Translations under genes and position numbers: made by a program
Notes under the pieces: model-generated
Told to the model about the DNA's origin: nothing
Seen by the model: the letters and a program-made list of their open reading frames with translations, nothing else
Databases searched by the model: none
Assembly: GCA_035307785.1 (NCBI GenBank)
Contig: DATGHS010000223.1
Coordinates: 1 to 35,280, forward strand
DNA from: Gemmataceae bacterium
GTDB taxonomy: Bacteria; Planctomycetota; Planctomycetia; Gemmatales; Gemmataceae
Direction of reading: 5' to 3'
Length of the DNA: 35,280 nt
In this document: in pieces, positions 18,649 to 26,589 of the stretch
Position numbering within the stretch: position 1 is the first letter of the stretch
Layout: every line of letters begins with the position of its first letter

Positions 18649-19302
18649 TCAGCGTTTCAACAGTGAGTCGTTCAAATTGCGGGCCAATGTACCAAATGCC
18701 GCGGAAGCCACACCTTGAGGAGGCGGGACCCCGGCCTTGAGCGCCCATTCGCGCATTTCCTGCTGCAAAGGAATGACCGGGCTCAGTAGCAATTCGCGAT
18801 GTCCTTCTTGTAACCGGCTAAGCACAGCGCGTTGCACTTCATCCTGGGCATCATAAATGCCGACTAGCAATCCCAATAATTCGAGCCGGCGATTGGCTTC
18901 TCGCGCCTTGCCAATTATCATTGCCGCGGCCGGCACCGTACGAATGGACAGCGGGTCTGCCAAGCTGGTGAGAATAATGCCGTCCGCCGCGCTCAGCACT
19001 CGCTGTGACAACGGATCAAGCAGCGACGGACTATCCACAATCACAATCTGAGTCTGGTGCGGGCCGGCAAGTGCTTCCAGACCGGTCTGAAATTGCACGT
19101 TCGGCCACGGGCACTGGCCGGCCGAATTCAGCGCCACCATGCTCATGGAACGCATCGGTACCGCGTCCACAAGCGTGACCGAGTGGCCCGCCTGACCCAA
19201 ATGCCAGCCCAGGCATAGCGCCGTAGTCGTCCGCCCGGTACCGCCCTTGTGGCTGACGATTCCCAAAATGTAGGGCGACCTCGCCAATGATTTCTCCTTC
19301 AC
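18649..19302 (-). CDS. ParA/MinD-family P-loop paralog with Walker A Lys-to-Arg (SHKGGTGRTTT)
   Basis: 217 aa. ILGIVSHKGGTGRTTTALCLG: signature first Lys present, GK[ST] Lys encoded as CGG (Arg) at 19231-19233 (checked in DNA). Walker B-like QIVIVDSPS. Confidence 0.7.
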   Translation of the reverse strand: MKEKSLARSPYILGIVSHKGGTGRTTTALCLGWHLGQAGHSVTLVDAVPMRSMSMVALNSAGQCPWPNVQFQTGLEALAGPHQTQIVIVDSPSLLDPLSQRVLSAADGIILTSLADPLSIRTVPAAAMIIGKAREANRRLELLGLLVGIYDAQDEVQRAVLSRLQEGHRELLLSPVIPLQQEMREWALKAGVPPPQGVASAAFGTLARNLNDSLLKR

Positions 19303-19537
19303 CGGCTCTTCGCCGAATGCTTGCTCTTGGAACCACGCCCGGCCATCACGTTGATCGGTGTGTCACATTCCTCAGCCGGGGCATGCAATGCCACGTACGA
19401 GTTGGCCAGGAATGGCCGCAACAGCGCAAGAACCTGATTCATCTGCTCACTTTCGGCTTCCAACCATTTCGGATCGAGGGTATCCACGACAATCAGGCTC
19501 CACGGGCGACCTTAAAGGAATGGTTTCGTGGATCGTC

Positions 19538-20296
19538 TCACACACGTGTCTGTTCCAGTGCTGCCAGCACGTCGGCATGATTTTTGCGCCCATGCCCGGC
19601 GAGCGGTTGGAGCCGCTCCGGAACCGTAATGACAAACCGGCTGCGGTCAGCGCCGCAGCTGAAGCAATCCGTTTGCAAGCAATCGAGTTCGGTCCCGGAG
19701 AAGACCGAAAACATGCCGCTCAGAAAGCCGGCCAACAGGGTCTCCACCGGTTGGCCGCCTTGCCGAACGCTTGCCCCCAGCATCGGTGTTTCCACTTCGA
19801 CGGTCAACAAGCCGCGGTCATAGCGGCTGAAACCAAATTGGAAGGTGCCCCAGCCATGATGCTCAAACGCCTGGGCGAGATTGGCACTGAACATAGCCAT
19901 CGGCAAATCCAGCAGCGCTTTGCCGAAATGCTGCTGCATTTGCGCCGCAAATTGTTCCGCTGCCTTGCGGCCCCATTCCCGGCCCGTCGCTTTCAGCACC
20001 GGCAACGCCCGATCCCCCATCTGCCCCTCCAACGAATTGCAGAAAGCGAGCAGGAAATCGTCGGTGAGGGCCAGCATGCGCACGCCGGCCCGATTCTGCA
20101 TCGTGCCCTTGCGCAGATCGTGCTCGATATAGCCGGGCTCGCCGAAGTAGTTGCCCTTCAGCAGCAGGCCTTCTGTATTGGCTTCCATTTCAAGCTCTTG
20201 TTGGTCTTGCCGCCACAAATCCATGTTCGGAGCCGGGGTCGCAAACGGCCGGATTGAGCGCCGTCTCCCATCCGGTCGCTTGCGCTCTCGGCTCAT
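19538..20296 (-). CDS. V4R (4-vinyl reductase / Bet3-like) domain protein (alternative start M at 20224)
   Basis: C-terminal ETLLAGFLSGMFSVFSGTELDCLQTDCFSCGADRSRFVI matches the V4R consensus (G.L.G......G..v.v.E..C...G...C.F.I). Confidence 0.5.
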   Translation of the reverse strand: MSRERKRPDGRRRSIRPFATPAPNMDLWRQDQQELEMEANTEGLLLKGNYFGEPGYIEHDLRKGTMQNRAGVRMLALTDDFLLAFCNSLEGQMGDRALPVLKATGREWGRKAAEQFAAQMQQHFGKALLDLPMAMFSANLAQAFEHHGWGTFQFGFSRYDRGLLTVEVETPMLGASVRQGGQPVETLLAGFLSGMFSVFSGTELDCLQTDCFSCGADRSRFVITVPERLQPLAGHGRKNHADVLAALEQTRV

Positions 20297-20315
20297 ATCC
20301 GTCTTTTAGCTACCG

Positions 20316-20852
20316 TTACGCACTCGTCGCCGCGGGTTCCGGCAGTTCGCTCAAGACTTCAATATTTCGGTCCAAATACGGTTGCAAAAGGGCCGCGGTT
20401 TGCGGGCTGGTATGCTTGGCCACTTGATCGCGCAAGAGCGTGAAGCAATCGCGGCTAAACTTCGGGCTGAAGTTGCCGGCCGCTAAAACTGTGCGCAGCC
20501 AGAACAAGACTTTTTCATCCAGCCAGCGCATGTGGTCGAGAATCATTGCCTGCACATTGAAGCGCAGCACCAATTGTACGTCGTTCTGCGTTTTGGCCAG
20601 CGCCGGGCCCTTTATCGCCGACGATTCCGGATAGCGCTGCTGCATCGCTTCGATCACTGCTTGAACGATGACGTCCTCATGCTCCTGCACCTGATCGGCC
20701 GCTTGAAAGCGCGCGGGCAGCGAGGCGGCTTGGGTCAGCAGCGCCCGTCGTTCATCGGCGTGGAAATAGCGCCCTTCGGCGCCACGGACGAGACTTTGCA
20801 ACTGCGAGTTCATGGGCGAACCTTTCTTCCAACCAGCCTTCCGGCGTGTCAT
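20316..20852 (-). CDS. Phycobilisome-like (globin-fold, PF00502-like) protein lacking the bilin-attachment Cys
   Basis: Aligns along its length to phycocyanin alpha: LVRGAEGRYF~AADTQGRFL, AMQQRYPESS~AVYQKFPYTT, WLDEKVL~PMDEYLI, AAGNFSP~STFDLSP, C-terminal L..YLD..I..L. Cys of the CARD chromophore site is absent. Confidence 0.5.
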   Translation of the reverse strand: MTRRKAGWKKGSPMNSQLQSLVRGAEGRYFHADERRALLTQAASLPARFQAADQVQEHEDVIVQAVIEAMQQRYPESSAIKGPALAKTQNDVQLVLRFNVQAMILDHMRWLDEKVLFWLRTVLAAGNFSPKFSRDCFTLLRDQVAKHTSPQTAALLQPYLDRNIEVLSELPEPAATSA

Positions 20853-21806
20853 TCATTCCCAGGCGGCCAGCGCCATCACCGTCGCCACCGTCCAGGCCGC
20901 ACCGCCGGTCGGCCCATAGCCGAAGAGAGGGACACCCTTGGCCAATGTGATCGTTTCCTTTTCGAGACCAGCGAGCGGATCGCGAATGGGATGGCGAACC
21001 TGATCCGGCCGGTTGCGCCAGTTCATCAGAGTAAAGTATCCCGCGGTCGTTACATTTCCCAGCGGAATAAGATCGGCTGTCGGCACATTCGGTTGTGTGA
21101 CGGGCTTGGACAGAGCAACCGGGATCGGGGCGGGCTTTTTTTCCTCCCGGGTGTTCCGCCAGTTGTACTTTTGCAAAAAGGAACTGGCCGGCTCGAGGGC
21201 CAACTCGGGTGGCGGCGCCGGCTTTTCCACTGCCTGCATTTCCGCTTCGTCCGCGGCGAGCGCGAAATGAACCGGCACCACAGGCGTAATGGGTACCTTG
21301 GGCATTTCCACTTTTGTCGGCGAAGCCACGGGCGGCTCTTCTTTGGCGGGAGAAATTGCAGGCAGTTGCAATTCGGCTTTGGATGGTGAAATAGCGGGTA
21401 GCTGTAGCTCTGCTTTCGATGATGATACGGGAGGCAGCTTCAACTCTGCCTTGGATTGCGACGCGGTAATCCGTTGAAGTTCCGCCCTGGAGAACGAAAC
21501 GGTAGGCGGCAACTTGGTTTCAGGATCGGACGGTCTGGCCGGCATCGCCGGCGGCACGGGCAACGGCAAGGGCGCGATCGGCACTTGCGCCGCGGCCGGC
21601 AGCGCATCCAGGTCCACGTCTTCCAGTGCGAGGCCAGGGGAATCGAATATCGGATGCGATGCTTCCAGCCCCGGTGACTGCGGAACAAACCCTGCGGCCA
21701 AGGGTTGGTTTTCGTCGGGCGGCAAGGGCGGCATCAATTCGGCCAATAACTCTGCGATCTTGGCCCGCTCCGGAATTTCCCTGCCGTTCATATTGCTGCC
21801 AGCCAT
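20853..21806 (-). CDS. Proline-rich protein with four 12-aa tandem repeats (S[KR]AELQLPAISP) and hydrophobic C-terminus
   Basis: AAGGGG RBS-like 5 nt upstream of ATG 21806. Stop overlaps or abuts downstream gene start (20852/20853). Repeats encoded by ~36-nt units at 21348-21491. Confidence 0.55.
   Translation of the reverse strand: MAGSNMNGREIPERAKIAELLAELMPPLPPDENQPLAAGFVPQSPGLEASHPIFDSPGLALEDVDLDALPAAAQVPIAPLPLPVPPAMPARPSDPETKLPPTVSFSRAELQRITASQSKAELKLPPVSSSKAELQLPAISPSKAELQLPAISPAKEEPPVASPTKVEMPKVPITPVVPVHFALAADEAEMQAVEKPAPPPELALEPASSFLQKYNWRNTREEKKPAPIPVALSKPVTQPNVPTADLIPLGNVTTAGYFTLMNWRNRPDQVRHPIRDPLAGLEKETITLAKGVPLFGYGPTGGAAWTVATVMALAAWE
21348..21491 (-). repeat. Four imperfect ~36-nt tandem repeats encoding the 12-aa units of the Pro-rich protein
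   Basis: Encoded SRAELQRITASQ / SKAELKLPPVSS / SKAELQLPAISP / SKAELQLPAISP. Nucleotide units such as ggcagttgcaattcggctttggatggtgaaatagcg and ggtagctgtagctctgctttcgatgatgatacggga. Confidence 0.5.
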
Positions 21807-21907
21807 GTTCGCCCCTTAAGCGGTCCTAATTCTGGATTATTCCCTCCGTGGAGTTTAGCTTTTTTTCTATGATCGTGCCGTAAACGACTCGGAACCGGCA
21901 TGAAAAA

Positions 21908-21936
21908 GGCCAGGGAGTTCGGTCCCTGGGTTTTCT
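21908..21936 (-). terminator. Rho-independent terminator-like hairpin after PDZ gene (7-bp stem CCAGGGA/TCCCTGG, 6-nt loop, T-run on both strands)
   Basis: Minus strand reads CCAGGGAccgaacTCCCTGGccttttt, 12 nt after stop at 21947. Plus strand also has gttttct after the stem. Confidence 0.5.
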
Positions 21937-21946
21937 GAATGTCACT

Positions 21947-23128
21947 CTATCTCTTATCGTCTCCCGATAGCGTTTTGACAGTTACGTTCATTGTCTTTTC
22001 GCCGCGGCGGACGTTGAGTGTAAACTCCTTTTCGCGGGCAAGGGCGCGGAAGATCAGCTCCTTCAGGCGCTCTGTACTGTCACATTTCTGTTCGCCCAAA
22101 GACAACACAACATCGCCTTTTTGAACTCCGGCCCGCCCGAGCAGGGAATTGGGGGGAACGGATTCCACACGCGTTTCGCTATCGGTTTGTTTGATTTTTA
22201 GCCCAAGCCGCTCGAGGTCGAAGAGCTTGATCATGCTGAGCGGCCCTTCTTCGCTTTCCACGAATTTGTTCTCGTCGGCACTGGCGCCGGGAGCACTTTT
22301 CAAATTGATATAGGTATTGCCAGTGGCCGAGGAATGCCGATCCACACCCCGGACCTGAAAAAAGGAACTACGCGCCGACACGCCGCCGCTGAAATCGCCA
22401 GTCGCCAGCACAATGCAGTTTTGCATGCGCATCACGCGGCCCACTCTGCCGGTGCACAGTACGAACGAGTCGGACAGCGACGAACAGCCTTCCAAATCGC
22501 CTGTCATTAACAGCACGCAATGGTCAATGGTCGAGACGCGGCCAAACGAGCCGGAGCACAAGCTCAGGCAGCGCGACATTTTGCTGTAGCGCGTGTTCAG
22601 GCCATCAAGGAGCAGCCGCGAGCCGGCTTCGCCTAATGGATTGAGTTCCGTGTGCACCGGCATGGCGGTGCAATCGTCGAATGGCTTGCGATAGCCGATG
22701 TTCCCGAGCTTGCCGGCCCGGGCAACCATGCCGTCAACAACGCGTTCTAGGCTGCGCCATCGGGCATCGGTGGCGTAACCGGGTTGGTGCAGCATGCGCT
22801 CAAGGAACAAATCGAACCCGTCGGCATTGACAGCGGTCAGGTCCTTTTGGAGCAAGCGGTCGAAGTTGCGCTCGCGGATGCTGTGAACGGCTGCCTTCGC
22901 CCGCCGAGCGATTTCGGGATTGGTGGAGTCAATCGCTTTTTCGAGCACCTCGGGAACGTCGGCCAACGCCGCCAGCTTACGGCTCGCCGATTCGCGCTCC
23001 GAAAATTTCGTGCTGCCGAGTTGCTCGATCCACGCGGCGATTTCCTTGTCGGAAGGCTCGGCCGCGACCGCCTGCAGCGGCAACAATAGCGCAGCCAAAA
23101 GGAACAAGCACAACGGCCAGCGAATCAT
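21947..23128 (-). CDS. Secreted protein with ~18-aa periodic Cys/Gly beta-helix-like repeats (bactofilin-like?) and C-terminal PDZ domain
   Basis: Signal peptide MIRWPLCLFLLAALLLPLQAVAAEP. Repeats SRCLSLCSGSFGRVSTID / HCVLLMTGDLEGCSSLSD / SFVLCTGRVGRVMRMQN / CIVLATGDFSGGVSARSS. C-terminal GLKIKQ...LLGRAGVQKGDVVLSLGEQ PDZ-like. Confidence 0.6.
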   Translation of the reverse strand: MIRWPLCLFLLAALLLPLQAVAAEPSDKEIAAWIEQLGSTKFSERESASRKLAALADVPEVLEKAIDSTNPEIARRAKAAVHSIRERNFDRLLQKDLTAVNADGFDLFLERMLHQPGYATDARWRSLERVVDGMVARAGKLGNIGYRKPFDDCTAMPVHTELNPLGEAGSRLLLDGLNTRYSKMSRCLSLCSGSFGRVSTIDHCVLLMTGDLEGCSSLSDSFVLCTGRVGRVMRMQNCIVLATGDFSGGVSARSSFFQVRGVDRHSSATGNTYINLKSAPGASADENKFVESEEGPLSMIKLFDLERLGLKIKQTDSETRVESVPPNSLLGRAGVQKGDVVLSLGEQKCDSTERLKELIFRALAREKEFTLNVRRGEKTMNVTVKTLSGDDKR

Positions 23129-23206
23129 GGAAAACCCTCGCGAGCAGAGGGATACTTACTCATCGACTTTACGCACCCCACGCCGCGGCGTCAACAAAAC
23201 TCCAAG

Positions 23207-23268
23207 CCGCAAGGCGAGTCTTCGAGCCTTGCGGGTTTCGCCACTCACCACTCTCTACTTGCTATAAT
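23207..23268 (+). promoter_or_regulatory. Candidate promoter: extended -10 TGCTATAAT (23260-23268) 6 nt before ATG 23275 (possible leaderless mRNA), preceded by 9-bp perfect inverted repeat CCGCAAGGC/GCCTTGCGG (23207-23234)
   Basis: Read directly from sequence. No good -35, consistent with extended -10 promoters. The inverted repeat could be an operator. Confidence 0.4.
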
Positions 23269-23274
23269 GCTCGC

Positions 23275-26200
23275 ATGCACCGGGAGTTACGAACGACGAA
23301 CGAGGCGTTTCAACCGCCGAAGATGGCCGGGCTCTGCCTGTTCACCGGCTTGCTGCTCTTTCTCGTTGGCCGCGACTTGTGGCCTGATTTGGCCTCTTTC
23401 CTCGGCCGCCAGGGGCTTGACCTGCCCACCGGCTCGCGCGAACTCTTCGGCTTCCGCTATGCCCTTTATGCCGCGGTGATTGGCGGCGCCCGGGTACTTT
23501 ACGGTTCACTCGAAAGCCTGTTCGAAGGAAAGCTCGGGGCCGATCTGGCGCTGGCGGTCGCCTGTATTGCCGCCATTCTTATCGGCGAACCGCTGGTTGC
23601 AGCGGAAGTCGTCCTCATCGGCCTGATTGGCGAGTGTCTGGAAGGCTTCACGTTTGCCCGCACGCAAAACGCCATACGCAAGCTGGCCGAACTTTTCCCC
23701 ATTCGTTGCTGGGTGGTGCGCGACGGACAGGAAATGCGCATGTTCGTAAGCGACGTCGTGGTGGGCGATGTCGTCGTCGTAAAGCCAGGGGCCAAGGTGC
23801 CGGTCGACGGCAACGTGCGCGACGGCCGCTCGGCTGTGGATGTGAGCGCGCTGACCGGCGAAAGCTTGCCGGTGGATAAAGGGCCGGGCGACGAAGTCTT
23901 GGCGGGTAGTTTGAACCAGAATGGCGCCTTAACGATTGAAGCAAAGCGCGTGCAGGAACAAACGGTCGCCGGCCGGGTGCTGGAACTCACCGCGAAGGCA
24001 CTGAAGGAAAAAGCTCCGGTAGCGCGGCACGCTGACCGGTTGGCGAAGTACTTTCTCCCAGCCGTGCTGGCCCTCGCCGCCGTGACCTTCATGGCGAATC
24101 TGCTCTGGTACGCGGGTCCCTTCCGCGGGGAAGCGGTGCGCTTGACGCTGGGCCAGGCGGCGCGGCTCAGCATGTACCCGGCCCTGGCGGTACTGGTGGT
24201 CGCATGCCCGTGCGCATTGATTCTCGCCACTCCGGCAGCGGTTATTGCCGCGCTCGGCCGCCTTGCGGGCACCGGGGTCCTGCTGAAAAGTGGGGCCGCG
24301 CTGGAGCGCCTGGCTGGGGTCACGAGTTTTGCCTTCGACAAGACTGGCACCCTAACGGAGGGCAAGCTCGAACTTGGCGATATTCTGCCGGTCGATAGCA
24401 CCACTCCACCGGAACAACTCTTGCGCCGGGCCGCCAACGCGGAACTGCCAAGCGAGCATCCGCTGGCTCGCGTGCTGGTGCAGGAAGCGCAGCGGCGATC
24501 ACTCGTGCTTGATCCGGTCGAGGAATTCATTGCCCATCCGGGAGCCGGCGTGCGAACGCGGGTTGGCGGCAAAACGCTGCTCGTCGGTACACCGCGGTTG
24601 CTGCAGGAGCAAGGCCTGTCGCCCGGCACCGAAGTGCGCGCACTGCTCGAGCGCCTCGAAAACGATGGCCAAACGCCATTGCTCATTGCCGCCGACGGCC
24701 GCATTCTCGGCGCCATTGGAGCGCGCGACCGTATTCGACCGGAAGCTCGCGGCATTATCGTGGAATTACGCGAATTGGGTATACAGGACATCTCGCTGCT
24801 GACCGGCGACCGGAACGCTGTGGCCGTGAAAGTCGCCTCGGACCTTGGCATCGAATCTGTGCATGCCGAATTGTTGCCGGCCGACAAGGCAAAGCTGGTT
24901 ACCGCCCAAGCGGACACGGAAGCAGCACAGTCGGTTGCCTTTGTTGGCGACGGCGTGAACGATGCGCCGGCACTGGCCAGCGCCACCGTTGGCCTGGCGG
25001 TCGGCGGCGGAGCCGAGATTGCTGCCGAGGCGGGCGACGTCGTGCTGATGGGCGATCCGCTGGCGCCGTTGCCGCTTCTGGTGCGCCTATCGCGGCAAAC
25101 GGTTCACATCATTCGGCAAAACATCGTCATCTTCGCGTTTGGCGTAAACATTGTCGGCATTGTCCTCACCGGCTGGCTCTGGCCGCTGCTTGCGCGCTCG
25201 CCGGAATGGTACGAACGCGCTCCGCTGGCCGGCGTGATCTACCATCAGCTCGGCTCGCTGCTCGTGCTACTGAATTCCATGCGGCTCCTGGCCTTTGAAC
25301 GCAAGAGCGTAAAGGCATCCTCCGGCCGGGTACGCAGCGCTCTACAGCAGCTTGATGTCTGGGTCGAGCGGGCCAGCAATGCGGATGAATGGCTGCACGA
25401 GCTTTCGCATCGCTGGAAGCCGATCGCGCTCGGCATCAGTCTCATCGGCGTTGCTGCCTACGCCGCGAGCGGCCTCACGCAAGTGGAGCCGAACGAAATT
25501 GCCGTGGTGCGGCGCTTTGGCCGGCCGCTTGAAGAGGATCTCGGCCCCGGCCTGCACTGGCGCTGGCCGTGGCCGGTGGAAACCGTGCTGAAGACACAGC
25601 CGGATCAAGTGCGCAGCGTGGAAGTGGGCTTTCGGGTGTTGAAAGATCGTCTGGCGAAAACAGAGGGTCAACAGACACGGGCCGCACTCACCTGGCTCAG
25701 CCAGCACGAAAGCGAAGGCGTGCTCCGGATCGAAGGCGAAGCCGTCATGCCCACCGGCGACGGCAACCTGATCGAACTCTTGGCCACGCTGCAATACCGC
25801 CTCCGCTCACCCCGACGCTATTTGCTGGAAGTGAATAATCCGGACGAAATTCTGCGCGCGAATTTGGAAGCGGCGTTGCGCGAACAGGCGGCCGGCGAAT
25901 CGTTTCTGGAATTGCTCACGCTGCGCCGGGCGGAGTTTCAGCGCGAGGTGTTCGCCCGCTTGCAGAAGCGCTTGCAATCCTACGGCGACCCGGGTCTTGG
26001 CATTGTCTTGGAAGGTCTTGCGCTGCGCGACCTGCACCCGCCGGCCCCGGTAGTGCCGTCGTTCCACGACGTGGCCAAAGCCGCCGAGGGGCACGACCAG
26101 ATGATAAAGGAAGCTGAGGCCGAGGCGCTGCGCATTCGCCGTGACGCCGAGAGCAAAGGGAAGGAAATCGAACGCCAAGCCGAAGCCGCCGCGCATCGCA

Positions 26201-26589
26201 CCGTGGAAATGGCGAAGAAAGACCGCGACGCCTTTCTGGCCTGGTACAGGCTGCGAACCGAACTCAGCCCGGCCGTCGAATCGCGGCTGGCAACGGAAAC
26301 GGTCGGTCTGATCCTGGCCGGGCAAGACGTAACCAGCGCCCTGGCCGACCATCAGCGCCGCCGGCAACAGCAACTGGAGAATCAGGCTTTCCTGGTTGAT
26401 TTCCGGCTGACGTGGATGGCCCTGGGCGAAACGCTCTCGCAGCGCGACAAGGTGTTCATCGATGCCGACAAACTCCCAGGCCGCCGCACGCTGCTGCTCT
26501 TCGGTCCGGACCAACTCACACCGCCGCCCATTATCCTTCCAAGCCGCATGCCAGGGCGAGGGCCGGGTGTGGAGGGGGAGGAACGCTAA
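23275..26589 (+). CDS. P1B-type (CPC) heavy-metal-translocating P-type ATPase fused in frame to a C-terminal HflK/SPFH (band-7) domain
   Basis: P1B ATPase motifs TGESLPVDK, CPCALILATPAA, FDKTGTLTEG, VGDGVNDAPALA. No N-terminal HMA/CxxC domain. After the last ATPase helices comes a TM helix PIALGISLIGVAAYAA, then the SPFH domain EPNEIAVVRRFGRPLEEDLGPGLHWRWPWPVETV, then an HflK-like coiled-coil tail (AEAEALRIRRDAESKGKEIERQAEAAA). Confidence 0.8.
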   Translation: MHRELRTTNEAFQPPKMAGLCLFTGLLLFLVGRDLWPDLASFLGRQGLDLPTGSRELFGFRYALYAAVIGGARVLYGSLESLFEGKLGADLALAVACIAAILIGEPLVAAEVVLIGLIGECLEGFTFARTQNAIRKLAELFPIRCWVVRDGQEMRMFVSDVVVGDVVVVKPGAKVPVDGNVRDGRSAVDVSALTGESLPVDKGPGDEVLAGSLNQNGALTIEAKRVQEQTVAGRVLELTAKALKEKAPVARHADRLAKYFLPAVLALAAVTFMANLLWYAGPFRGEAVRLTLGQAARLSMYPALAVLVVACPCALILATPAAVIAALGRLAGTGVLLKSGAALERLAGVTSFAFDKTGTLTEGKLELGDILPVDSTTPPEQLLRRAANAELPSEHPLARVLVQEAQRRSLVLDPVEEFIAHPGAGVRTRVGGKTLLVGTPRLLQEQGLSPGTEVRALLERLENDGQTPLLIAADGRILGAIGARDRIRPEARGIIVELRELGIQDISLLTGDRNAVAVKVASDLGIESVHAELLPADKAKLVTAQADTEAAQSVAFVGDGVNDAPALASATVGLAVGGGAEIAAEAGDVVLMGDPLAPLPLLVRLSRQTVHIIRQNIVIFAFGVNIVGIVLTGWLWPLLARSPEWYERAPLAGVIYHQLGSLLVLLNSMRLLAFERKSVKASSGRVRSALQQLDVWVERASNADEWLHELSHRWKPIALGISLIGVAAYAASGLTQVEPNEIAVVRRFGRPLEEDLGPGLHWRWPWPVETVLKTQPDQVRSVEVGFRVLKDRLAKTEGQQTRAALTWLSQHESEGVLRIEGEAVMPTGDGNLIELLATLQYRLRSPRRYLLEVNNPDEILRANLEAALREQAAGESFLELLTLRRAEFQREVFARLQKRLQSYGDPGLGIVLEGLALRDLHPPAPVVPSFHDVAKAAEGHDQMIKEAEAEALRIRRDAESKGKEIERQAEAAAHRTVEMAKKDRDAFLAWYRLRTELSPAVESRLATETVGLILAGQDVTSALADHQRRRQQQLENQAFLVDFRLTWMALGETLSQRDKVFIDADKLPGRRTLLLFGPDQLTPPPIILPSRMPGRGPGVEGEER

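Noticed and set aside
20532-21389. 285-aa plus-strand ORF
   Set aside because: Antisense to the PBS-like and Pro-rich genes. R/G/H-rich junk composition and no motifs.
25807-26514. 235-aa minus-strand ORF
   Set aside because: Antisense to the SPFH part of the ATPase fusion. The sense frame has clear band-7 motifs.
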